The notes below the pieces were generated by a model that was not told the DNA's origin, did no database searches, and worked only from the letters and a program-made list of their open reading frames with translations. Both the position numbers and the translations under genes were made by a program. DNA of 63,990 bases, filler included, from Bdellovibrionota bacterium (GTDB taxonomy: Bacteria; Bdellovibrionota; Bdellovibrionia; Bdellovibrionales; JAEYZS01): assembly GCA_963169515.1 (NCBI GenBank). It is 7 parts of 7 records of this genome, joined end to end, with 100 filler letters (N's around TTAATTAATTAA, not from the genome) between each part and the next. Parts side by side here need not be neighbours in the genome. Positions count along the whole stretch, not along the records: positions 25,809 to 31,046 come from CAUJEF010000041.1; positions 31,147 to 36,260 come from CAUJEF010000042.1; positions 36,361 to 51,389 come from CAUJEF010000043.1; 4 more parts are not named here. One strand, given 5' to 3'. Within the stretch, counting starts at the first letter, position 1; each line of letters starts with the position of its first letter. Below, piece after piece: positions 29,611 to 38,432 of the stretch.

Positions 29611-31046
29611 ATGAAAAAACGAATGAATCTTCTTGCGTCAGCAACGTGGCGCATCGTGATGTCTTTCTTATTTGCATTCGGCAACATCGAATATGTATCT
29701 GCCCAAACGGCGTCGAATCGTGGAATGTCAGATAATGAGCCAATCTCTATTGTTTACGATGAACAGGCTGAACTTCAATACGGAGAATATGCCGAGCTTG
29801 AACTTTCCCTGAAGGCGGATGGCTTGACAATTACTCAAGCCCAACTCAATCAAAAAGAAATTTTTTGGGAAGCAGAAGACACAGTTCTGCCAGCGGGGAT
29901 GCAGTTGGAAGCTTCTACTGCAACAAAGTTTTTATTGTTCGGCACCCCGGAGTTTGTTGAGCAATGGTGTTTTACCCTTCGGGCGACGACATACGACGGC
30001 GAGTATTCCACTGCAAAACGAGTTTGTTTCAACTCTAAAGATACGGAAGAAATTCCACATCCAATGTTAGAGACTCAACGGCAGTTGCCAACAGCGATTG
30101 TTGATGAATTATATCAGCAAAAGCTCATGATTGGTGCCGCACATGCGCAAAAAGTCTCAGGTGAAGTGATAGGAAAGCTGCCTAGCGGTGTTGAAGTAAA
30201 TGTTAAAACAGGCCAGCGATATTTCATTGTTAAATCGCGATTTAAGCAGGCAGGGATGGTTGAATTCGCGGTTCGCGTGATCAACGAACAAAATCTAACT
30301 CTTGCAAAACAGTATTTGGTTGAAGTTCTCGATAAGGGACAAAGCTATAGCTGTCCACCGGGTTATTATTTCGATGTAAATGTTGGCTATTGTGTGCAGA
30401 ACCAGTTAGATCAATGTCCCCCGGGAACTTACTATGACCCAGAATACAATAGTTGTATCGAGTTCCCAAACGCAAACGAATGTCCATCCGGATATCACTT
30501 TGACCACTTCGCAGGTTACTGTGTAAAAAACAGTACGCCTCTGTGTCCATTAAACTATGAATACAATGAATATTATCAGCGCTGCGTACGCCAGCCCTAT
30601 ACGTGCTCTTGGGGTGAAACATACAATTGGTCTATTAAAGAATGTGTGCCTGTGTTCCAGTCTTGCCCGATGGGTACGCATTACAGCTACACTCACCAAC
30701 AGTGTGTACCGAATTACAGCTCGTGTCCTTACAATTACTATTGGGATACATACTATAATCAATGCCGTCCGACTGCTCGCGTTTGTGATTGGGATGAATA
30801 CTACTCGCCAGTTATAGGCCGTTGTGTGCCAAAGCATTCGTATTGTGCCCCAGGTTGGAGTTGGGATTACGTCTACAATAGATGCGAGCCAATACGACGG
30901 CCTATCCGCTGTCGGCCTGGAGACTATTGGTCGGATTGGGAGCAGCGTTGTGTTCCTTATCGTCGCCCGGTACCGCCACCGCGCCCGGTTCCACCACCGC
31001 GCCCGGTACCACCACCGCGCCCGGTACCACCACCGCGCCCGGTACC
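29611..31046 (+). CDS. Exported protein: Ig-like domains, about 10 Cys-rich repeats, (PPPRPV)n tail; 3'-truncated
   Basis: LPAGM..GTP and LPSGV (putative Ig); repeats C-P-x-G-x-x-[YFW]-[DN]-x5-C-[VI]; Pro-rich repeat runs into the gap. Confidence 0.8.
30964..31046 (+). repeat. 18-bp tandem repeat (CGCCCGGTACCACCACCG), about 4.6 copies, coding RPVPPP
   Basis: Units start at 30964, 30982, 31000, 31018 and 31036 (partial, at contig end). Confidence 0.95.
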
Positions 31047-31146
31047 NNNNNNNNNNNNNNNNNNNNNNNNNNNNNNNNNNNNNNNNNNNNTTAATTAATT
31101 AANNNNNNNNNNNNNNNNNNNNNNNNNNNNNNNNNNNNNNNNNNNN
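31047..31146. other. Artificial contig linker
   Basis: N44-TTAATTAATTAA-N44. Confidence 0.99.
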
Positions 31147-31315
31147 AGAAGGCGTGGACAATGCCTACACAGGAAAAGACGTGCTGTATTTTTCTTACCT
31201 CCTCAGCCGAGCCACACAAAGCCGTCTGCCCAAAATTGCGGGGATGCCCGTCTATCAGTCTATGACCATCCGCAATTGGAACACGACGACAAAACTTCTA
31301 GCGTTGATGTCGTAG
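31147..31315 (+). CDS. DUF1697-family protein, C-terminal fragment (absent from ORF track)
   Basis: EGVDNAYTGKDVLYFSYL...YQSMTIRNWNTTTKLLALMS*; T.RNWNT is the family's C-terminal motif. Confidence 0.8.
31301..31309 (+). repeat. Left 9-bp direct repeat GCGTTGATG (cassette boundary)
   Basis: Identical to 36002-36010; lies in the last codons of the DUF1697 gene. Confidence 0.6.
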
Positions 31316-31442
31316 TATCTATTACGTAGAGTAAGTTGGTCATCCCTTCAAAATTCATCATAAATATTAGTTGCAATAATGGTGGTACTCGAATAAAATA
31401 AATTAGATTCTAAAAGAGGGAAAACCCTCAAAAGGATAACTC

Positions 31443-32675
31443 ATGGCAACAGATAGAATTAACGCTGGTTTGAATGCCTTCCAACAAGGAAATATAGAAC
31501 TTGCGAGACAGATACTCACTGAAGTTGTCAAATCTGATCCGCAGAACGATCAAGGATGGACTGCACTTGCGTCTTGCTTGCAGGATGATCGTCAGAAAAA
31601 ATACTGTATGGAACAGGCGTTAAAAGCAAACCCTAATAATTTACAAGCACGCCAGTTCTTTGATCCTTCAATGATGAAGGAAGATACAGCGCCAGTAGAA
31701 TCGGTTCCTAGACCTGAACGACACCAATCTAAATTTAATAACTCTTCCACATCAAATCTTCGCAAACAATCGAACCGTTCAAGAAAAAACATGACGGTTT
31801 TTCAACTTTTGGGGAAGAACCTTACTCCAGCCGAAGATGAAATCACAGTACGGACCTATCATTGTACAAGTTTATCTTCTAGATTACTTAATCTAAAAGC
31901 GCAAGGATATCTTGTCGTCACCAACAGGCGCGTTATTTTTCATGCCTACGGATCGTCATATACTGGCGCGAGCGTTATGCAAAGCGAAATACCCGTTGAA
32001 GATGTTTCAGGCATAACTCATTACAAGGGAACAATTTTCAGCCTTTCTCATTTACTTAGCGCTTTAGCGGTTGTATTTTTTCTATCTCCGTTTTTATTTG
32101 GCGTTTTCGTAGGGATATTCAGCATCGCCATAATCTTTTTTCAGGCATTTAGCAGTATATTGCAAATCGCCTGGTTGGCTTTGGGAATTATTATTGCTAT
32201 ATCCTCCTTTTCGATCTCTTCTAAGAAAATATGGCGTTTAATTACTTTAATGGCGGGTATTGTCCTTTTGAATATTGCAATGACGGGGGGGGGCACAGGG
32301 CTTGTAAATATGCTTTCAAAACAAGGAGGAAACTTCTTAACCAACACTATAGATCTAGCTAACGGCGCAGCCTCTGCCATCACATCTGTAATTGGGGCTC
32401 TTGCAAGTTTTGGCTTTGGCATTTATTCGCTTTTTTGCATCTACATGTACACACAAAGAGAAACGATCTCTTTAGCAATCGGGTCAAAAGGCGGCTCTAG
32501 CACGCCTATTGCGATTTCGGGCATATCGGGATTTGGTCACAATGCCGCTGCGGTAAAAGCTTTAACCGCAGAACCTGCCGCCGATGTTGACACGATGATC
32601 AAAGAACTTGGAGCGATGATTACCGACATTCAATCCATTGGCAATTATGGGGTTGAAAAGTGGCGAGTGGATTAA
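31443..32675 (+). CDS. TPR + split PH/GRAM-like domain multi-pass membrane protein
   Basis: N-terminal TPR (ARQIL..VVKSDPQN..GW...ALKANPNN..AR); GYLVVTNRRVIF; several TM helices; paralog of the next gene. Confidence 0.8.
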   Translation: MATDRINAGLNAFQQGNIELARQILTEVVKSDPQNDQGWTALASCLQDDRQKKYCMEQALKANPNNLQARQFFDPSMMKEDTAPVESVPRPERHQSKFNNSSTSNLRKQSNRSRKNMTVFQLLGKNLTPAEDEITVRTYHCTSLSSRLLNLKAQGYLVVTNRRVIFHAYGSSYTGASVMQSEIPVEDVSGITHYKGTIFSLSHLLSALAVVFFLSPFLFGVFVGIFSIAIIFFQAFSSILQIAWLALGIIIAISSFSISSKKIWRLITLMAGIVLLNIAMTGGGTGLVNMLSKQGGNFLTNTIDLANGAASAITSVIGALASFGFGIYSLFCIYMYTQRETISLAIGSKGGSSTPIAISGISGFGHNAAAVKALTAEPAADVDTMIKELGAMITDIQSIGNYGVEKWRVD

Positions 32676-32678
32676 CCC

Positions 32679-33536
32679 ATGAAGACATCAGATCTCTTTT
32701 TCCAGTTAAGCGACGGCGGCGAACAAGTTGTGCGTTCGTATCAATGCACGGAATTTCGCCAGTGGTTTTCGCGCCCAACGATCGGATACCTTACGATCAC
32801 GAATAAACGACTTGTTTTTCACAGCATAGGAAAATCCCTCACAGGGAAAAGCTATTTGGTAAACGAAATGCCTTTAGAGGACGTGGCGGGGATCAGCGTT
32901 TACGAGGGCGTCTCGGTAAATTGGATTGCCGTCGCGCTTTTTTCCTTTATCACATATTTTTTTGCGACAGCAATTCTCACTCTATTCACTTCTATAGTTT
33001 GGGCATATTTAATCGCTTTCCTTCTCATTCTCCCTCATGTTGTTCTGTGGCTTTTAAAAAGCAATATTTTGGAGAATTCTATCCGTGAACAGGTTTTCTC
33101 AACTATAGATGGATTTTTTAACGGCTCACTTAAAGCGCGTGATTATCTCGATATCGTTATGAGGTACACGCGCTATCCCTTTAACTTTGGCTTATTGTTA
33201 ATTGTATGGGGGATTAACAAACTCGTCGAGCAGAGTAGTGTTCCATTCTTGAGTTCTCTGATATTGTTCGTAGCGTTTGTGGTAATTTGTTTTAACCTTT
33301 TTGGTCGTGGGCATACATTTAGTTTGCTAATTGGCTCGAAAACCATGAAAGATACTGGTATCTTGATCTCAGGCAACATTTCACAGGCGTTTTCAGTAGG
33401 AAATAATACCGCTCTTCAAACGCTTGCCGCGAGCCCATCGATAGATGCAGAAGCCGTTACACGGGAAATTGGGGCTTTGATTATGGATGTTCGGCATCTT
33501 GGGGATTTGGGAATTAAGAAATGGCAACAAAAATGA
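32679..33536 (+). CDS. Split PH/GRAM-like domain multi-pass membrane protein (paralog of upstream gene)
   Basis: GYLTITNKRLVFH...EMPLEDV; about 4 TM; C-terminal EIGALIMDV..LGDLGIKKW. Confidence 0.8.
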   Translation: MKTSDLFFQLSDGGEQVVRSYQCTEFRQWFSRPTIGYLTITNKRLVFHSIGKSLTGKSYLVNEMPLEDVAGISVYEGVSVNWIAVALFSFITYFFATAILTLFTSIVWAYLIAFLLILPHVVLWLLKSNILENSIREQVFSTIDGFFNGSLKARDYLDIVMRYTRYPFNFGLLLIVWGINKLVEQSSVPFLSSLILFVAFVVICFNLFGRGHTFSLLIGSKTMKDTGILISGNISQAFSVGNNTALQTLAASPSIDAEAVTREIGALIMDVRHLGDLGIKKWQQK

Positions 33537-33560
33537 GAACTTCTCTATAGAAGGTGAAGA

Positions 33561-34652
33561 ATGCAAAATATTACGAATGAAGATTGGAAAGATATAAACA
33601 AACGAAGAAAAGAACAAGGGGACTTGCATGAATCTGCCACGCTTAAATCTATTGGCGGCGATGCAACAAATCTGAATGATGTTAAGAAAAACTTTCCAAC
33701 ATTTGATATATCGTCTTCACAAGAAATCTGCTCCGTAAAATCACATATTTCACAAGATGGAGCATTAACTGAACAAAACGTAAACAGCTATTTTCATGAT
33801 TTTGAACATATGCTTGGCTGGGGAAGAGATTTAACATATAACGAATTAGATGGAAAATTACTTCCTATAGAGCAAGACGCAAAAAGAATTGCAGATTTAC
33901 GGGAGCGCGGAGTGCCTATTCCTGAGTCGATATCGAATGCTTCATCTGATCAGATCGTAGACTATCTTAAGCATGATACAGTTATGCGAATCCCTCAAGA
34001 TCATGTCTCGGCTGTGCAAGATGAATTAGAAAGAAAAGCCAGAGAGATACCTGAAAATTATTATTTATCAAATCCGCCTACAGAGAATGAAATTACTACG
34101 TTGCGTGATAGAGTCAAATCGACAGGAATGACTGCTGAGGAAACATTGAATCAACTAAGTGTGGATAAATCCAATGCCAAAAGTGGGCAGTTGGTTTATG
34201 AAGGCGATGATCCGCACTTGGCTATGCCGCCAAGCGATCCATCCAAACGCGAGTATCTTATTGGCAGTCCTCATAACGACTATGAAGACTATAAAGAAAT
34301 CCTTAACGCAGAAGATCGGCACAAGCTCGGACAGCAATTAAATACAGCGCAGATTGGAACTCCATTAGAAAATCTCCAAACCGCATCAAGCGCGATTATT
34401 TCTTCTCAGCAGGTAAACCAAGAATCATCAACCCAAACCCAAATGGATCAATATTTTCATGACAAGCATGGGCATGCCCCTTATACTACTCCAGCATATC
34501 CTTCAAACGATCAGGCAAGCTTGACAGACAATAAGCAAAATATAACTCCTGTTCAATCCACATCTACTTCATCAGAGCAATCCTTATCAAAAGAAACACA
34601 AGCAGATTCAGAAGATAATAACGAAGATTATTATTATTCCTATGGGCAGTAA
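33561..34652 (+). CDS. Hypothetical protein with PD-(D/E)XK-like N-terminal domain and low-complexity acidic/Tyr C-tail
   Basis: GDLHE...NFPTFDI...EICSVK; ends DSEDNNEDYYYSYGQ. Confidence 0.6.
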   Translation: MQNITNEDWKDINKRRKEQGDLHESATLKSIGGDATNLNDVKKNFPTFDISSSQEICSVKSHISQDGALTEQNVNSYFHDFEHMLGWGRDLTYNELDGKLLPIEQDAKRIADLRERGVPIPESISNASSDQIVDYLKHDTVMRIPQDHVSAVQDELERKAREIPENYYLSNPPTENEITTLRDRVKSTGMTAEETLNQLSVDKSNAKSGQLVYEGDDPHLAMPPSDPSKREYLIGSPHNDYEDYKEILNAEDRHKLGQQLNTAQIGTPLENLQTASSAIISSQQVNQESSTQTQMDQYFHDKHGHAPYTTPAYPSNDQASLTDNKQNITPVQSTSTSSEQSLSKETQADSEDNNEDYYYSYGQ

Positions 34653-34655
34653 CTG

Positions 34656-35963
34656 ATGAAAAAAGATGTTCAGGTCTTTGAAGGAAACGAGCTCAAATTA
34701 TCATCACCTGCCATGTCGGGAAATTCAGCAAGGTGTTTTTTATATGGCGTGGATGGAATTGGTAGCGAATCAAAAATCCCACTGACCGACGATCTTTTGA
34801 GCAGGCATTTGTTGTTTTTAGGCGGGATTGGCTCTGGGAAAACCAACGCCATCTATCAAATTATCGCTCAACTAAGAAGAACCATGACTGCGAACGATGT
34901 AATGGTTGTCTTTGACACAAAAGGCGATTTCTATAAGGAATTCTATCGCAAGGGTGACATCGTTATCAGTAATGATAGTAAGGCGACTGGCTCGAACAGA
35001 GTAAATTATTGGAATATCTTCAACGAATTAGGACAGGATGCTTCTACGGAAGCGAATATTATTGAAATTGCCAGAACCTTATTTTTCGAGAAAATTCAGC
35101 GTTCAACACAACCGTTTTTTCCAAATGCCGCGAAGGATTTATTTAGCGGCATTCTGTATCATTTTGCCAGGTCTGGTAATCAGCACGAAATGAACAATGC
35201 GCGACTGCGTTCATTCTTAGATCAATCCCCTTCCGCTGAAATCCGCAATATGTTGCAAATCCATGAAGATTTAAAAGCAATGGTAAGTTATATTGCCGAT
35301 GACCGCTCTCCGCAGACACAAGGAGTCATTTCAGAATTGCAACAAATGGCTCGTGAGATTTTGGTTGGCAATTTTAAACAGGCAGGCACGCTTTCCATGC
35401 GCGAAGCAGTCCGCCAAAAAGGTGGAAGGATTATTTTCGTAGAATATGATTTAGGAATAGGCAATATGCTGACGCCGATTTATCGTCTGCTACTTGATTT
35501 GGCGATAAAGGAGGCGTTATGCAGGGAAAAAAGCGAAGGCAATGTATGGTTCATTATTGATGAGTTTCGCTTAATTCCACACCTGCAACACATAGACGAT
35601 GGCGTTAACTTTGGAAGAAGTCTAGGGGCAAAATTTATTATTGGCGTTCAGAATGTAGAACAGGTCTTTCACGCCTATGAAACCTCTCTCGCAAAAAGTA
35701 TTTTATCAGGCTTTATGACAACCGTTGCTTTCCATGTTAATGATTTGGCGACCAGAGAATTTATTCAAGGAATATTTGGAAAAAATCGAAAGCGTGAAGC
35801 ATATATGGCTACCGTTCAATCAAGAGGTATTGTCGAACAAGTTCGTGATGCAAATGTTGTTGAAGATTGGGACATATCGAAACTCCCAATAGGTTGCGCG
35901 ATCATTGGAATGCCTGAGCAAGAACCATTTGTATTTCAATTTCAACGATATAAAAATCCTTGA
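34656..35963 (+). CDS. TrwB/TraD/VirD4-like type IV coupling-protein ATPase, lacking N-terminal TM anchor
   Basis: HLLFLGGIGSGKT (Walker A), VFDTKGDF, WNIF, PFFPNAAK, WFIIDEF (Walker B), GRSLG..FIIGVQ..Q. Confidence 0.85.
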   Translation: MKKDVQVFEGNELKLSSPAMSGNSARCFLYGVDGIGSESKIPLTDDLLSRHLLFLGGIGSGKTNAIYQIIAQLRRTMTANDVMVVFDTKGDFYKEFYRKGDIVISNDSKATGSNRVNYWNIFNELGQDASTEANIIEIARTLFFEKIQRSTQPFFPNAAKDLFSGILYHFARSGNQHEMNNARLRSFLDQSPSAEIRNMLQIHEDLKAMVSYIADDRSPQTQGVISELQQMAREILVGNFKQAGTLSMREAVRQKGGRIIFVEYDLGIGNMLTPIYRLLLDLAIKEALCREKSEGNVWFIIDEFRLIPHLQHIDDGVNFGRSLGAKFIIGVQNVEQVFHAYETSLAKSILSGFMTTVAFHVNDLATREFIQGIFGKNRKREAYMATVQSRGIVEQVRDANVVEDWDISKLPIGCAIIGMPEQEPFVFQFQRYKNP

Positions 35964-36001
35964 TATTCCTAACTACTGAACCCCGATAGGATTAACAATT
36001 G

Positions 36002-36010
36002 GCGTTGATG
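36002..36010 (+). repeat. Right 9-bp direct repeat GCGTTGATG
   Basis: Context TTG GCG TTG ATG GAA AAA GGA TAA reads LALMEKG*, an alternative DUF1697 ending. Confidence 0.6.
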
Positions 36011-36026
36011 GAAAAAGGATAAAGCG

Positions 36027-36260
36027 ATGAATGCAAGGCAATTCATCGAACGGCTGAAAGCGCTTAGTTCAAAACAAGCGGAAAAGTTCAATGCGCCTCT
36101 CGCCGCGGATAAAAGCGACGCCATCATGGGCGTGCGCATGGGACAAATCTTTGCGCTGGCAAAAGAATCAATGAACATGGAACTTGATGAAGTGGAAAAA
36201 TTGCTAGACCACCCTGCCCACGAAGCGCGAGTCGGCGCGGTCAGCATTATGGATTTTCAG
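36027..36260 (+). CDS. DNA alkylation repair protein (AlkD-like), 3'-truncated
   Basis: GVRMGQIFALAKE...EVEKLL....HEARVGAVSIMDFQ. Confidence 0.75.
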
Positions 36261-36360
36261 NNNNNNNNNNNNNNNNNNNNNNNNNNNNNNNNNNNNNNNN
36301 NNNNTTAATTAATTAANNNNNNNNNNNNNNNNNNNNNNNNNNNNNNNNNNNNNNNNNNNN
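36261..36360. other. Artificial contig linker
   Basis: N44-TTAATTAATTAA-N44. Confidence 0.99.
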
Positions 36361-37642
36361 CAATACAATTGGCGCTTTAATCGCAGGGCAGAGGTTGCGG
36401 GATTCGCTGCAAATTGGAATTTCAATGGCTCAAATTGGCGAGTTTTCTTTTATCATTGCAACCTTGGGTTTGACATTAAAGGTAACGGATGAATTTCTCT
36501 ACCCTGTTACCGTTGCTGTTGCCGCAATAACGTCCTTGCTCACCCCATATATAATCAAAAATTCAGATAAGGTGATTAAATTTACAGAACAGCGGTTGCC
36601 CTTGAATCTGCGTAAAAATCTTGAAAGATATAGCGCCGTTGCATACGGGGTCTCATCACAGAATACTTGGCGTGATTTGCTTAAACATTTAAGCCTTACT
36701 GTGATTGCTAACTCGGTCATTGTAATTGCCATTTTTCTTGTCGCAAGTAGCACTTTGCCTGAATTTTTAAATCGTTATGTCTCTGATCGTCTTCTGCTAC
36801 GTCTTTTAAGTTTGACGGCAGCCATTGTGGCGTCGGCTCCGTTTTTGTGGGCGCTGGGTATACATCGACCACGAGCTGAAAAATTTCAACAGTTCTATAA
36901 TGATCCTCGTGCACAAGGTCCAATGCGCGTATTAGGTCTTCTGCGTATAGGCTTTGCACTTTTGCTGATCACAATTCTTCTGACTCGCTTTATCAGTGTC
37001 GGCGCCACACTTATTTTTAGTTCTGTCACGGTTGTCGTGATTGTATTAATGTTCTCAAAGTATCTGCGCTGGCTATATGGGTGGTTTGAAGGACACTTTA
37101 TTGAAAATCTAGCAGACAACACAAAACAGACGGCCACAAACTATTCAGTGCCTATGCTTGCGCCCTGGGACGCTCACATCGAGCAATTCCTGATCTCACC
37201 AGAGTCTGAAATGATTGGGCGATCCCTGCAAGATATTAAAGTGCGTGAAAAATTCGGGGTTACCATTGTCATGATCGAGCGTGGAAAAAACAAAATCACT
37301 GCCCCAGACCAGTACCAGTGCATATTCCCCCACGATCGGGTTTTTGTAATTGGAACGGACGAGCAAATCGAAGCATTCAAATGCGCGGCAGAAGCAATGC
37401 ACATGGATAAAGAGTCCTGGCCGGCAAATTACGCCTTGGAACGCTATCTCATTTCAGAAAAATCCCCATTTCTTGGCCAAACCATTCGACATTCAGGTAT
37501 TCGCGAAAACACTCACGGTCTGGTAGTTGGAATTGAACGCCTGGGAACCCGGATCTTGAATCCTGATAGCATGCTTGCCTTAGAGGTCGGCGACATCCTA
37601 TGGATTGTGGGGGATCCAAATCGGATAAGGAAATTAACCTAA
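36361..37642 (+). CDS. CPA2 cation:proton antiporter with two TrkA-C domains (5'-truncated)
   Basis: MAQIGEFSFIIA; LAPWDAH; two RCK-C repeats (REKFGVTIVMIERG; RENTHGLVVGIER). Confidence 0.9.
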
Positions 37643-37671
37643 ATGCTTGAAATGGCATTGTTTTTTGCGTA

Positions 37672-37699
37672 TCAAGTTAAGACTTACTTAGCCCGATAA
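37672..37699 (+). promoter_or_regulatory. Putative sigma28 (FliA) promoter
   Basis: TCAAG-N15-CCCGATAA, 7 nt before ATG 37707. Confidence 0.6.
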
Positions 37700-37706
37700 G
37701 GTAAAT

Positions 37707-38432
37707 ATGCATAACTTCAAGATATTCCTCTTAGCCTTTTTGTTATTGTCACCAACTCTTGTTCGCGCACAAGATTCTTACGACGCTTACGATCCATTTG
37801 CAGATTACAGTGAGTTTGAAGAAGCCAGTGAAGAAGAGGCTGATATCAATTTTTTTAAAAATGGGCGTTTTCTGGCCCTGGGATTAATCGTTGGCTACCG
37901 CAGCTTTTCAAGCACTCTTGGTGAAATTTACGACGGTGGCGCAAATTTTGGTGTCGCACTTAATTACTTTTTTGATCTTAAATTTTCGATGGTGTTTAGC
38001 TACACATCAAGCGACCATCCATACGACATTCCGTACGGTGCAATCCGCCAATCCGGGACCGTTGGAATGTCCGGCGTCGGTTTCGATGTCCGGTACTATT
38101 TGAATACACAAAACGTAACAAAAGGCCTTGCAAAGTTTAATCCTTATTTGAGTGCTGGATATACCACTACGACCCTGACACAAACTATATCCGGACAAGC
38201 TGATATAAGAAAAAATAGTGCTGGAGCTTTCGATCTTGGGTTCGGAACTGAATTTCCTCTTATGCGTGGAAAAATGTATGTCGGTCTGGAATTCCAATAC
38301 CAACTTATCAACTGGCCTGGTGAAAACACAAAGTTGATCATTGACGACGGAACTGGTACTCCGGTTGAAACTAATTACGTACCTGCCGGTGATGCATATC
38401 GGATTTTATCTAGCATTGGAATTAATTTTTAA
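37707..38432 (+). CDS. Outer-membrane beta-barrel protein
   Basis: Signal peptide, acidic N-terminal segment, amphipathic beta strands, C-terminal GINF. Confidence 0.8.
   Translation: MHNFKIFLLAFLLLSPTLVRAQDSYDAYDPFADYSEFEEASEEEADINFFKNGRFLALGLIVGYRSFSSTLGEIYDGGANFGVALNYFFDLKFSMVFSYTSSDHPYDIPYGAIRQSGTVGMSGVGFDVRYYLNTQNVTKGLAKFNPYLSAGYTTTTLTQTISGQADIRKNSAGAFDLGFGTEFPLMRGKMYVGLEFQYQLINWPGENTKLIIDDGTGTPVETNYVPAGDAYRILSSIGINF

Larger units (their letters stand above)
31310..36001 (+). mobile_element. Inserted four-gene cassette (no integrase/transposase inside)
   Basis: Flanked by 9-bp direct repeats; separates DUF1697 from its apparent original 3' end and the AlkD-like gene; looks more AT-rich than the flanking genes. 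Confidence 0.55.

Noticed and set aside
30964..31046. Repeat array as a possible CRISPR
   Set aside because: Head-to-tail 18-bp units with no spacers, in frame within a CDS; no cas genes
31310..36001. Cassette as an IS/transposon or complete ICE
   Set aside because: No transposase, integrase, relaxase or VirB4, and the ends are not inverted repeats
37653..37668. TGGCATTGTTTTTTGC as a sigma54 promoter
   Set aside because: Spacing is GG-N11-GC, not the required N10
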